Part shown: in pieces, positions 28,101 through 39,929 of the stretch
Layout: every line of letters starts with the position of its first letter
How positions within the stretch are numbered: position 1 is the stretch's first letter
From: Sandaracinaceae bacterium
GTDB taxonomy: Bacteria; Myxococcota_A; Polyangia; Polyangiales; JAFGIB01
Reading direction: 5' to 3'
DNA length: 64,000 nucleotides
NCBI GenBank assembly: GCA_017881055.1
Contig: JADGRF010000196.1
Coordinates: 29,031 to 93,030 of the forward strand
Translations under genes and position numbers: made by a program
Notes under the pieces: model-generated
What the model was told of the DNA's origin: nothing
Database searches by the model: none
Seen by the model: only the letters and a program-made list of their open reading frames with translations

Positions 28101-28529
28101 GTGATGACGACCGTGGACAACGACAAACCGCAGCTGATGACGCCGTTCGATCAACTGGGTGGTCACGCCGCCGTCATGGCGTTGGCCGGAGCGTTCTACG
28201 ACGCCATGGAGCGTGAAGAGGCCGAGCTCACCGCGCTGCATCGCCAGGCAGAGGGCACACCGGGGCGCGTTCATCCCGACGTGCGCGCACGCTTCGCGCT
28301 CTTCCTGATCGGCTGGCTCGGCGGCCCGCAGGACTACGTCGCACAGAATGGTCACCCGCGGCTGCGCATGCGCCATGCGCGCGTGGCAATTGACGTCGGG
28401 ATGCGGGACGCATGGCTACGCGCGATGAAAGTCGCGCTCGACCAGCAAGGCGTGCAGGGCGAGCTGCGCAGCTTCCTCGACCAACGCTTCGCGCACGTCG
28501 CGGACTTCCTGCGCACTCAAGACGCGTAG
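28101..28529 (+). CDS. glbO: group II truncated haemoglobin
   Basis: FDQLGG..., ..FLIGWLGGPQDY...HPRLRMRHARVAI.. are typical trHbO blocks. Start is GTG at 28101 or ATG at 28104. Confidence 0.85.
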   Translation: MMTTVDNDKPQLMTPFDQLGGHAAVMALAGAFYDAMEREEAELTALHRQAEGTPGRVHPDVRARFALFLIGWLGGPQDYVAQNGHPRLRMRHARVAIDVGMRDAWLRAMKVALDQQGVQGELRSFLDQRFAHVADFLRTQDA

Positions 28530-28537
28530 ACAGCGCG

Positions 28538-29758
28538 CTACACGAACACGTGGCGGCCGCGGCTCTCGAGCGCGCTCTCGACCAAGCGTTCCACCTGACC
28601 GCGCACCCGCTGGTTGAGCTCGCCCACGAGTACCTCGTCGCGAGCGTCGTCTGGACCGTGCCCTTCCAACTCACGCACGGGCGTTCCGATCACGATCTTC
28701 CAGCGACTCGGGAGCGGTGCGAGGCCGAGCGGGCCCAGCCACGGGAAGGTCGGTGTCACCGGCAGAAACGGCATGCCGAGCAGCTTCGAGAAGGCCTTCA
28801 CCATGTGCAGCAGCGGATAGGTTTCCTCCGCGCCGATCACGGCCACGGGGATTACCGGAGTACCCGTACGCAACGCGAGCTTGATATACCCGCCCCGGCC
28901 GAAGCGCTGCAGCTTGTAGCGGTCCGAGTAGCGCTTCGCGATGCCCTTGATGCCTTCGGGAAACACGGCGACCAGCTCTTCGTTCTGCAGCAAGCGCTCC
29001 GCGTTCTCCTGACACGCGCGCACCGCGCCAACCCGGTTCACGAACGCGCCGAGAAACGGCGCGTGGTACACGTAGTCCTCCACGAGCCAGCGCAGCTCAC
29101 GCGCCACCGGATGCTTCTGGCGCAGCGCGGTCTTCAGCATCACGCCGTCCCACGGCAACGTGCCACTGTGGTTGCCGATCAAGAGCGCGCGCCCCTCGTT
29201 CGGAATGTTGCCAACGCCTTCGATCTCCACGCGGAAGTACTTGTTCGCCATCAGCTCGAAGAACGGGCGCAAGCTGGCTTCGTACGTGCGGTCGAGGCCG
29301 AAGTCGTCCACGCGGTCGGCGCGATTGCGCATGCCGCGCTCGCCCCATTGCTTCAAGTAGAAGGCGGTCGACAGGTACTGACGCGCCTTCGGCAGGAGCG
29401 CGGCCGAGTCGCTCGTAGCCGTGTTGGCGTCGGGCGTGAGGCGCGTCGCGATGCTCGAGATCGCGTCCGCAGCGCGCTGGCGTGCGTCATGATCCTCGCC
29501 GACGTGCCGGACGTCCTGCAGCAGCGACTCCAAGTCGCGCTCCATCTCCTGGATCTCTTCTTGGCCCGCGTCGATAGCCGGTCGAGTCACGGCAGTGCTC
29601 GCGCTGACTTTGCGCTTTTCAGCGCTCGGACGTACGCGCTTGGGCTTGGCCTCCGGCGTCGCCGCGCTGACGCGAGCCCGGTCGTCGGCATCCGGCTTCG
29701 CGCGCCGAGCCGACGGACGCTTGGGGCGCCCCGCGTCGCTCGCTTCCGAGTCGCTCAT
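28538..29758 (-). CDS. lysophospholipid (PlsC-family) acyltransferase with a long basic/disordered N-terminal extension
   Basis: NHSGTLPWD (HX4D) and VFPEGIKG motifs. ATG at 29758 lies 19 nt after the upstream SDR gene. Confidence 0.82.
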   Translation of the reverse strand: MSDSEASDAGRPKRPSARRAKPDADDRARVSAATPEAKPKRVRPSAEKRKVSASTAVTRPAIDAGQEEIQEMERDLESLLQDVRHVGEDHDARQRAADAISSIATRLTPDANTATSDSAALLPKARQYLSTAFYLKQWGERGMRNRADRVDDFGLDRTYEASLRPFFELMANKYFRVEIEGVGNIPNEGRALLIGNHSGTLPWDGVMLKTALRQKHPVARELRWLVEDYVYHAPFLGAFVNRVGAVRACQENAERLLQNEELVAVFPEGIKGIAKRYSDRYKLQRFGRGGYIKLALRTGTPVIPVAVIGAEETYPLLHMVKAFSKLLGMPFLPVTPTFPWLGPLGLAPLPSRWKIVIGTPVRELEGHGPDDARDEVLVGELNQRVRGQVERLVESALESRGRHVFV

Positions 29759-29777
29759 GTCTTCTTCTCCGACCTGT

Positions 29778-30854
29778 TCATGTCGTCTCACCGAGCAGCC
29801 TGAGCTTGGCCTCGCGCAGACGCAACGCGCCCTCGAAATCGAGCACCGCATCGCGCGTCGTGTACGCGGGTCGAAACCCGAGCTCGCGCTGCGCTTTGCT
29901 GCAATCCATCACGCACAGGTACTTCATCAGCGCGGCGAACGGAGGCGGCGCTTCGCTCAGCTGCGCGACCCAGAGCAGCGCGCTGGTGCGCCGCAGAAGG
30001 CCGTACGGGACAGGGATCGCCAGCCGCCCGACCAGCTTGATCACCGTGCTGATCGGCAAGACCCCTTCGCTCCCGACGTTGAACACACCGCCGACGCTGC
30101 GATCGATCGCGAGCTTGAGCGCGGTGACCGCATCCACCTCGTGCACGAACTGAACGAGCGGATCGTAACCGAGCACAGTCGGCACGATGCTGCGCGACAG
30201 CCAGCGCACCACGAAGTTCTGCGCGGTCGGTCCGAGCACGGTCGCGAAGCGCAGCACGGTCACCGTTGTGTCGGGATGCCCGCCGGCGAACTTGGCGACT
30301 TGCTCTTCGAGATCGATCTTGTCCGCGATGTAGTGAGCACCGTGCAACCCACGCAGCGCGCGATCTTCAGTGAGAAAATTCGGGTTGTCGGGATGCGCGC
30401 CGTAGACCAGCGAGCAGCTGCCAACAACGATCTTCTTGATCTTCTGTTTGTGACACGCGACCAGCACGCGCATCGTGCCCACGCTCTCCAGCTCGTGCGC
30501 AAACGCCGTGGCTTGGGTCGGGTTCTCGAGAAACGCCAGGTGCACGAACGTGTCGACGGCTTCGGCCTGGAGGATCTCGGCCAGCCGCGAGTCGACTCCG
30601 GGTTGCGTCAGATCGAGGTCGTAGAAGCTCGTCTTCGGGCCGGCCGTGTTGGGATTCTCCACGTCCACCACGACGATGCGCGACACGCTCGGATCTTCAC
30701 CGAGCAGACCCACGAGGTTGCGTCCGAGGAACGTGTTTGCTCCCGAGATCGCGATCGAGCGACCGCGCCGACGCGCACGCGCGATCCCTGCGTTGGTACG
30801 CGAGGCTAGGCTCGTGTCGCTGTCTTGGTTGTCGCCCGAGCCCTGCGTGCTCAT
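29778..30854 (-). CDS. NAD-dependent epimerase/dehydratase family (extended SDR) protein
   Basis: Rossmann ISGANTFLGRNLV and catalytic YIADK (YxxxK). ATG at 30854 follows GGGGACGGGA. Confidence 0.82.
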   Translation of the reverse strand: MSTQGSGDNQDSDTSLASRTNAGIARARRRGRSIAISGANTFLGRNLVGLLGEDPSVSRIVVVDVENPNTAGPKTSFYDLDLTQPGVDSRLAEILQAEAVDTFVHLAFLENPTQATAFAHELESVGTMRVLVACHKQKIKKIVVGSCSLVYGAHPDNPNFLTEDRALRGLHGAHYIADKIDLEEQVAKFAGGHPDTTVTVLRFATVLGPTAQNFVVRWLSRSIVPTVLGYDPLVQFVHEVDAVTALKLAIDRSVGGVFNVGSEGVLPISTVIKLVGRLAIPVPYGLLRRTSALLWVAQLSEAPPPFAALMKYLCVMDCSKAQRELGFRPAYTTRDAVLDFEGALRLREAKLRLLGETT

Positions 30855-31017
30855 TCCCGTCCCCGAATTCGTGAACGCAGGAGAGTAGGTACGCGCCCCA
30901 ACTTGGTCAACGCAGCGGCGAGCAGCCGCCGCTGCGCCCGGGTGGAGGCTCATTCGCGATCGATGTAAGGTAGGAGATCACATTCATCGCGGTTCGCGCG
31001 CCGCTAGTTCACGCTTG

Positions 31018-31046
31018 CTTGCACCTGGCCACCCGGCTGACTATGT
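31018..31046 (+). promoter_or_regulatory. candidate sigma-70-type promoter TTGCAC-17 nt-TATGTT upstream of lon
   Basis: Hexamers at 31018-31023 and 31041-31046, about 100 nt before the lon ATG. Confidence 0.35.
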
Positions 31047-31149
31047 TGCCCAGAAGCGCGGGAAGATTGCGAACGTGGCGGGAATAACCCTGCTCTTTTG
31101 CGGCCTCGGCCACCGCGCCAACGCTTCGGAAGAACACAGCGCGGACGAA

Positions 31150-33609
<2,460 letters not shown>

Positions 33610-33613
33610 TGGC

Positions 33614-33820
33614 ATACCCGCGAAGCAGCCTGCGGCTCTTCGCGGAACTTGATCACATACCCGCGAAGCAGCCTACGGCTCTTCGCGGAACTTGATCACA
33701 TACCCGCGAAGCAGCCTACGGCTCTTCGCGGAACTTGATCACATACCCGCGAAGCAGCCTACGGCTCTTTGCGGAACTTGATCACATTCCCGCGAAGCAG
33801 CCTGCGGCTCTTCGCGGAAT
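33614..33820. repeat. five tandem copies of a 43-bp hairpin-forming unit (ATACCCGCGAAGCAGCCTACGGCTCTTCGCGGAACTTGATCAC)
   Basis: Units start at 33614, 33657, 33700, 33743 and 33786. Each contains the inverted repeat CCGCGAAG(C)AGCC-NNN-GGCTCTTCGCGG. A few point differences occur (loop TGC vs TAC; C>T in copy 4). Confidence 0.95.
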
Positions 33821-33856
33821 TTCTCGCTGGGCGCTCGCTCGGGTAATCTGAGCGAT

Positions 33857-34861
33857 ATGCTGACGGTCGCTGTTCTCGGCGCAGGCTCGTGGGGTACTGC
33901 GATCGCGAAGTTGTTCGCGGATCGTGGGAACCGCGTGCGGCTTTGGTCGCGACGCGAAGAAGTTGCTCGCGACATCACCGCGCACCGCGAGAACAACGCG
34001 TATCTGCCGGGTGCGCAGCTGCCGCCGACGTTGCTCGCGACGCATCGGCTCGAGCGCGCGCTCGAAGGCGCCGATGCCGTGTACTTCGTGGTGCCGTCGC
34101 ACGGGTTGCGCCGGGTGATCGCAGACGCGATGCCGTTCTTGCCGGCGCAAGGACCGATCGTGAGCGCGACCAAGGGCATCGAGCACCCTTCTCTGCTCCT
34201 GATGACGCAGGTGCTCGAAGACGCGCTGCCGGCCGAGATGCACGCGCGCATCTGCGCGATCGGCGGGCCGAGCTTCGCCAAGGAAGTCGCGCAGAACATG
34301 CCTGCGGCGCTTTGCATCGCCGGTAAGGACCCGGAGGTGACGCGCATCGCGCAGGAACAGCTCGCGGGTGAGCGCATGCGCGTGTATTCGACCGAGGACG
34401 TGATCGGCGTCGAGGTCGGCGGCGCGCTGAAGAACGTGATCGCGATCGCCGCCGGCGCGGCCGACGGCCTCGGCTTCGGCAACAACGCGCGCGCCGCTCT
34501 GATCACGCGCGGTCTCGCCGAGATGGCGCGGCTCGCGATGCACATGGGCGCCAATCCGCTCACGCTCGCCGGCCTGTCGGGGATGGGTGATCTGGTGCTC
34601 ACGTGCACCGGCGATCTCTCGCGCAACCGGCGCGTCGGTCTCGAGCTGGCGCGCGGTCGCACACTGAACGAAGTGCTCGGCGAGATGACGATGGTCGCGG
34701 AGGGCGTGCGCACCGCCAGGAGCGCCTACGAGCTGGCGAAGCGCGAAGGCGTCGACATGCCGATCACGACCGAGGTCTACCTAGCTTTGTACGAAGGCAA
34801 GTCCGCGAAAGACGCCGTCGGAACCCTGATGAGCCGCGCACCCCGCCCAGAACGCGACTGA
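33857..34861 (+). CDS. gpsA: NAD(P)H-dependent glycerol-3-phosphate dehydrogenase
   Basis: VLGAGSWGTAIA Rossmann motif, ...KGIE..., GGALKNVIAIAAG blocks. Confidence 0.93.
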   Translation: MLTVAVLGAGSWGTAIAKLFADRGNRVRLWSRREEVARDITAHRENNAYLPGAQLPPTLLATHRLERALEGADAVYFVVPSHGLRRVIADAMPFLPAQGPIVSATKGIEHPSLLLMTQVLEDALPAEMHARICAIGGPSFAKEVAQNMPAALCIAGKDPEVTRIAQEQLAGERMRVYSTEDVIGVEVGGALKNVIAIAAGAADGLGFGNNARAALITRGLAEMARLAMHMGANPLTLAGLSGMGDLVLTCTGDLSRNRRVGLELARGRTLNEVLGEMTMVAEGVRTARSAYELAKREGVDMPITTEVYLALYEGKSAKDAVGTLMSRAPRPERD

Positions 34862-34867
34862 GGGCGA

Positions 34868-34976
34868 CCTAGCCGCGGCGCGGATCGGGGCCTAGCCGCG
34901 GCTTTCGTCCTCGCTTGGCTCGGTCACGTACGAGAAGTACGCTACCTCGCCGCGCTGCGGGCGCGCTCGCGGCTAG
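34868..34976. repeat. CCTAGCCGCGGC direct repeat (x2) plus an inverted partial copy GCGGCTAG
   Basis: Copies at 34868-34879 and 34891-34902, with the inverted copy at 34969-34976. A small hairpin CGTAC-GAGAA-GTACG lies between them. Confidence 0.7.
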
Positions 34977-35092
34977 ACCCCGCTGCGCGCCGCTCACGTT
35001 GGAAGAGACGAAACTGCGGAAAATCTGGCGGGTGGGCAGTGCGTGGCCCGGGAGCCGCGCGGGCAAAGCAGTGCTAGATTTCCGCGCGGCGC

Positions 35093-36739
35093 ATGGATGA
35101 TACGCGATTTAGGCGGGTTTACCGCGTTCTGCTTCCCACGATCGCGGTCGCGACGTGCGTGCTGGCCTATTACGCGTACCTGACGGCGGTGCAGTTTCAG
35201 GCGTTGGGCGAGAAGTCGATCGCGGAGTCGAGTTTGTGGTTGGTGCAGGATCGCGTGAATCGGTTGGAGCAAACGATCATCGCGGCCGACAACCAGGTGT
35301 TTGGCGCGCTTGATCTGGAGAATCCCGAAAGCGCGCTTTCCGAGTGGAAGGATCGCGCGGGAGAGATCTCGCCGAGCGTGCGCGCTGCTGTCGTGCTCGA
35401 TGTGCAAAAGCGCGTCGTCGATGCCGAAGCGCGCACCAACGATCACGACAAGCAGGCGTTCATGCGCTTGTTCATGAAGCAGATCGTGCCGGATATGAAG
35501 CTCGAGTCGTTGCCGTTCAACGTGCTCAACCACCTGCACAAGAGCTACGAACGCCGCAGCTATCTGATCTCGTTCGAGGCCGTGCGCCACCGCGGACGCC
35601 GCTTCTACATTGCCGCGCATCACGACACGGGCTACCTCACGCGCACCGTGTTTCCGGACCTGTTTCGCAGCGAATCGGGCAAGGAATGGCACAACGTCGT
35701 CGACGAGGACAACCGTCGTGTGTTCGGCCCGAACTTGGCGAGCGCAGGCGACTACGTGGTGGGCCTGCGCTTTCCAACCACGCTCTACCAGTGGCGCTTG
35801 CAGGTCGCGCCGAAGACCGCGCCGCTCTTGAAGGCCAAGGGCCGCACCAGCCGCGTGAACCAGGGCGCGCTGATCGGCCTGTCGCTGGCCGTGATTCTGA
35901 TCGGCGTCGGCTTCATTCTGTACGCCGCGGACAAAGAACGTCGCCTCGCACGGCTCAAGAGCGACTTCATCGCGAACGTGTCGCACGAGCTGAAGACGCC
36001 TCTTTCAGTGATCAAATTGTTCGGCGAGATGCTACTGACCAAGCGCGTGCGCGACGAGGCCAAGCAGGAGGAATACCTCGAGATCATCTGCAGCGAGAGC
36101 GAGCGCCTGTCGGGCTTGATCGAGAACGTGCTGGATTTCGCGGCCTTGGAGCGCGGTAAGCGCCAGTACGAGATGCGCCAGTGCCAGATCGCGGATGTAG
36201 TCACCCGCGCGGTGGAGACGTTTCACTACCGCTTCGAGCGCGTGGGCACCGAGGTCAGCGTGCACAGCATCGGCGCTGCGCCGGAAGGCCGCGTGGACGA
36301 CCAGGCACTGATGCTCGCCGTCATCAACTTGCTCGATAACGCGGTCAAATACGGAGGCGGGACGCCGGTCGACGTGATCGTGGAGACACTCTCCGACTCG
36401 ATCGAAATCCGCGTGCGCGATCACGGCCCTGGCATTGCCGAAGTCGACAAGAAGCGCGTGTTCGAGCGCTTTTACCGCGCACAGAGCGCCGGCCGGACGC
36501 GCGGCTCGGGCATCGGGCTTTCCCTCGTGAAGCACATCGCCGAAGCCCACCACGGACGCGCCTGGGCGGACAACGCCGAAGGCGGCGGAGCTGTGGTGAC
36601 AATCAGCATTCCACGACGTGACGCCACGTCAGCCACGCTTGCGACGCAGCGCAGCGATGCGCGCCAAGCGAGCCAAGGCGCGGCGGAAGGCTCAATTGAC
36701 AGCACCGAACCCGCTGATATCGTGGCCCGACATGGCTAG
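35093..36739 (+). CDS. sensor histidine kinase
   Basis: Two TM segments flank a periplasmic region. H-box FIANVSHELKTPL. N, G1 and G2 boxes (NLLDNAVKYG, DHGPGI, GSGIGLS). Confidence 0.9.
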   Translation: MDDTRFRRVYRVLLPTIAVATCVLAYYAYLTAVQFQALGEKSIAESSLWLVQDRVNRLEQTIIAADNQVFGALDLENPESALSEWKDRAGEISPSVRAAVVLDVQKRVVDAEARTNDHDKQAFMRLFMKQIVPDMKLESLPFNVLNHLHKSYERRSYLISFEAVRHRGRRFYIAAHHDTGYLTRTVFPDLFRSESGKEWHNVVDEDNRRVFGPNLASAGDYVVGLRFPTTLYQWRLQVAPKTAPLLKAKGRTSRVNQGALIGLSLAVILIGVGFILYAADKERRLARLKSDFIANVSHELKTPLSVIKLFGEMLLTKRVRDEAKQEEYLEIICSESERLSGLIENVLDFAALERGKRQYEMRQCQIADVVTRAVETFHYRFERVGTEVSVHSIGAAPEGRVDDQALMLAVINLLDNAVKYGGGTPVDVIVETLSDSIEIRVRDHGPGIAEVDKKRVFERFYRAQSAGRTRGSGIGLSLVKHIAEAHHGRAWADNAEGGGAVVTISIPRRDATSATLATQRSDARQASQGAAEGSIDSTEPADIVARHG

Positions 36740-37433
36740 CCCCGCGGCGCGCACCATCCTGCTCGTCGAGGACGATCCCGCGTTGGCGCTCGGTTTGCGT
36801 GACACGCTGGAGTTCGAAGGCTTTCGCGTGCTGCACGCCGATCGCGGCGAACAAGGCCTTGCCCTCTTTTCGCAGGCACACCCCGACTGCATCATCCTCG
36901 ACCTCATGCTCCCCGACACCAACGGCTATCAGCTGTGCGAGCGCATGCGTCGCACGGACGAGCACGTGCCGATCATCATGCTCACCGCGCGCGGGCAGGA
37001 AGCGGACAAGATCCGTGGTCTCGACGCGGGCGCCGACGACTACGTGACCAAGCCCTTCTCGGTGGGCGAGCTGGTCGCGCGCATCCGGGCTCTGTTTCGT
37101 CGCGGCTCGCGCTCACGCAGCGCCACGCCCCGGGCCCGCTTCGAGCTCGGCGACACGGTCGTCGATCTGTCGGCCCACAGCTTGGTGCGCGGGCACAAGA
37201 CCGTGCCTCTATCGTTCTACGAGGTGGAGCTGCTCAAGCTGCTGCGCGAGCGCCAAGGCCATCCCGTCTCGCGCGACGAGATCCTGGACAAGGTCTGGGG
37301 CGCGAAGTCGAACCCCAGCAACCGCACGGTCGACAACTTCGTGGTCAAGCTGCGCAAGAAGATCGAAACCCAACACGACAAGCCGCGGCACATCCTCACC
37401 GTCTACGGATTGGGCTACAAGCTCGTTCCGTGA
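36732..37433 (+). CDS. OmpR-family response regulator
   Basis: Receiver ILLVEDD...DLMLPD. Winged-helix C-terminus ...LTVYGLGYKLV. The ATG overlaps the kinase stop by 8 nt. Confidence 0.9.
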   Translation: MASPAARTILLVEDDPALALGLRDTLEFEGFRVLHADRGEQGLALFSQAHPDCIILDLMLPDTNGYQLCERMRRTDEHVPIIMLTARGQEADKIRGLDAGADDYVTKPFSVGELVARIRALFRRGSRSRSATPRARFELGDTVVDLSAHSLVRGHKTVPLSFYEVELLKLLRERQGHPVSRDEILDKVWGAKSNPSNRTVDNFVVKLRKKIETQHDKPRHILTVYGLGYKLVP

Positions 37434-37450
37434 TCGCTCGTTCCGTGATC
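37421..37450. repeat. perfect 15-bp tandem duplication GCTCGTTCCGTGATC x2 spanning the response-regulator stop codon
   Basis: Copies at 37421-37435 and 37436-37450. The TGA at 37431-37433 is duplicated at 37446-37448. Confidence 0.9.
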
Positions 37451-37466
37451 GAACAACGACAACTCA

Positions 37467-37928
37467 ATGGCCAGGCGAATACTCACAGGAGCTCCACGGA
37501 TCGGCCGCCGCGTCGGGATCACCAGCTTCTGGCTGATGGCCGTCGTCGTGATCGGCACGTCCACGCGCTCCGTGGTCATGGAGCTCTACGGAAACGGCGA
37601 CGAGCGCGAAGCGAGCAGCGCGGAGCTCGTGAGCTGCGCGCACGAGCTGCGTATGCTGGAACGCTCCCTGCTCGATCACGCCGCCCAGGACGTGCGCTGG
37701 CCGGGACATGCGAGCGACACCCAGAAGTGGATCGCCTCGTGGGACAAGCAATACGCCTCGCTCGGACCGTGCGGTTCCCTGGATACTGCACGCAAGACCC
37801 TGTTTCGGCTGCGCGAGCGAACCGTCGCGCTGCTCCACGCGCATCTGCGCCAAAACCTGCCTTTGACCGAGAGCATCGATCGCATGATCAACCAGATCGA
37901 CACGCGGTTCGGCTCGGTCGCCCGGTGA
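37467..37928 (+). CDS. hypothetical membrane-anchored protein
   Basis: GC3-rich frame with an N-terminal TM helix ITSFWLMAVVVIG. No recognisable motif. Confidence 0.55.
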   Translation: MARRILTGAPRIGRRVGITSFWLMAVVVIGTSTRSVVMELYGNGDEREASSAELVSCAHELRMLERSLLDHAAQDVRWPGHASDTQKWIASWDKQYASLGPCGSLDTARKTLFRLRERTVALLHAHLRQNLPLTESIDRMINQIDTRFGSVAR

Positions 37929-37970
37929 ACACCGGCTCCACATCCCAGCACTGAAATCAGAAGACCTGAC

Positions 37971-39899
37971 ATGAACACTTCACCACCTTTGACAGCTGAA
38001 ACCCCGAGCGAAGTCTCCGGGTTTGCAAACATGAACCTCGGCGAAGAGGTTCGCCGCGCGTTGGAAGAAATCGGCTACACGCAGCCAACGCCCGTGCAGG
38101 AGGCCACCTACCCGCTCGCCATCGAAGGACGCGACATCATCGTCCAGGCGCGCACCGGTACCGGAAAGACCGCAGCGTTCGGTATCCCACTGGTCGACAA
38201 GATCGTGACCAGCGAGCCGGTGGTGCAGGCGCTCGTGCTCGCGCCAACACGTGAGCTGGCGCTGCAGAGCCAGCGCGAGATCTCGCGCATCGGGCAGCAC
38301 AAGAACCTGCTCGCGACCGCCATTTACGGCGGCGCACCGATGGGCAAGCAGATCGACGACCTGCGTGCAGGTGCGCAGATCGTGTCGGGCACGCCGGGCC
38401 GTGTGCTCGATCATCTCAAGCGCGGCACGCTCGACGCCTCGCGCTTGCGCGTCTTGGTGCTCGACGAGATGGACGAGATGCTGTCGATGGGCTTCGCCAA
38501 GGAGCTCAACGCCATCCTCGAGCTGATCCCAAGCCGCGAGAAGCGCCAGACGATGTGCTTCTCGGCGACGGTCGACGGCGAAGTGCGCCGCCACGCCGAG
38601 CGACACATGAACAACCCCGAGATGGTCTCGCTGTCGAGCGACGCCGCAGCAGCGAACCTGATCTCGCACTCGACGTACATGGTCAGCGGCCGCGATCGCC
38701 CCGGCGAGCTGGTGCGCATCCTGGAAGTCGAAGACCCCGAGAGCGCGATCATCTTCTGCAACATGCGCTCGGAGACCGAGCGCGTCGCAGGCGCGCTCAA
38801 GCAAGCCGGCTTCAACGCAGATTGGCTCAATGGCGACCTTCCGCAGAAGGACCGCGAGCGCATCATGCAGGCCACGCGCGAGAGCAAGCTGCGCTACCTG
38901 GTTGCAACTGACGTGGCCGCGCGCGGCATCGACATCTCGCACCTCACGCACGTGATCAACTACACCTTCCCGGAATCGGCGGCGGTCTACGTGCACCGCA
39001 CCGGCCGTACCGGTCGCGCTGGCCGCACGGGTTCGGCGATTTCGCTGGTGAGCCCGGACGAGCTCGGGCGGCTTTACTACCTGCGCCTCGAGCACAAGAT
39101 CTCGCCGGTGGAACGCAGCTTGCCGACGCATGGCGAGCTCAAGACGCGTCACGAGATCGATCGCATCACGCTACTCGAGACTGCGTTCGCGGATGCTCCG
39201 GCAGCGGCCGACATCGCGCTCGCGCGACGCTTGCTCACGCATCCGCGCATCGAGCCGATCCTCGCGGGCCTGATCCACACCGTGCTCGGCACGCATGGCG
39301 AGGTCGACGAGGAGGCGGCGGCCGCTCGTCGTTCCAAGCGGCCTGCGCCGGTGGAAAGCGTAGAGGCAGCTCCCACGCACCAGCCGGTGTCACGTCCGCG
39401 GCACCGTGAACGCGAGCCGCATGCTGGATCACGTGCGCGTGATACGAGCGCCGCTCCGCGCGAGCGCGAGCGCGAGGCCAATGCCGCTCCGCGCGAGCGC
39501 GAGCGCGAGGCCAATGCCGTTCCGCGCGAGCGCGAGCGGGCGCGTCGCTCCGATCGCCCGCAGGCCGTACGGAACGACGCGCCTCGCGACGTGGAGACGG
39601 GGCCGAATGGCAACGCGTCGGAAGGCGTCAGCGACGCGCATCACTCCGGGATTCTGTATCTGAACCTGGGCAAGCGTGACGGGGTACGCGTGGGCGAAGT
39701 CGTGGACCTGCTGCGCACCAACTGCGAGCTGCCCCAGGAAGACATCGGGCGGATTCGGATTCGCGATCGCTACACGTTCGTGGACGTCCCGGAAGGACGG
39801 CTCGACGGCATCATCGAGAAGCTCGCGGGGCACACATTGCACGAGAGGACCCTCGCTCCCGAACGTGCCAAGGCCGCTCGCAACGCCGCACCCGTTTGA
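37971..39899 (+). CDS. DEAD-box ATP-dependent RNA helicase (DeaD/CsdA-like, DbpA-type C-terminal RNA-binding domain)
   Basis: Q motif PTPVQ, motif I ARTGTGKT, Ia PTRELA, II DEMD (a DEAD variant), III SAT, VI HRTGRTGRAG. C-terminal ILYLNLGKRDGVRVGEVVDLL. Confidence 0.9.
   Translation: MNTSPPLTAETPSEVSGFANMNLGEEVRRALEEIGYTQPTPVQEATYPLAIEGRDIIVQARTGTGKTAAFGIPLVDKIVTSEPVVQALVLAPTRELALQSQREISRIGQHKNLLATAIYGGAPMGKQIDDLRAGAQIVSGTPGRVLDHLKRGTLDASRLRVLVLDEMDEMLSMGFAKELNAILELIPSREKRQTMCFSATVDGEVRRHAERHMNNPEMVSLSSDAAAANLISHSTYMVSGRDRPGELVRILEVEDPESAIIFCNMRSETERVAGALKQAGFNADWLNGDLPQKDRERIMQATRESKLRYLVATDVAARGIDISHLTHVINYTFPESAAVYVHRTGRTGRAGRTGSAISLVSPDELGRLYYLRLEHKISPVERSLPTHGELKTRHEIDRITLLETAFADAPAAADIALARRLLTHPRIEPILAGLIHTVLGTHGEVDEEAAAARRSKRPAPVESVEAAPTHQPVSRPRHREREPHAGSRARDTSAAPREREREANAAPREREREANAVPRERERARRSDRPQAVRNDAPRDVETGPNGNASEGVSDAHHSGILYLNLGKRDGVRVGEVVDLLRTNCELPQEDIGRIRIRDRYTFVDVPEGRLDGIIEKLAGHTLHERTLAPERAKAARNAAPV
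39450..39540 (+). repeat. in-frame 33-bp tandem repeat (~2.7 copies) encoding A(A/V)PREREREAN
   Basis: Units at 39450-39482, 39483-39515 and a partial one at 39516-39540, inside the helicase linker. Confidence 0.9.
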
Positions 39900-39929
39900 A
39901 ACGGGCGCGAGACGAGCGAAGATAGCGGC

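Noticed and set aside
33614-33820. A possible CRISPR array: regularly spaced palindromic repeats.
   Set aside because: The whole 43-bp period is repeated, with no unique spacers between repeats. There are only five units and no cas genes in the window. I call it a tandem hairpin repeat instead.
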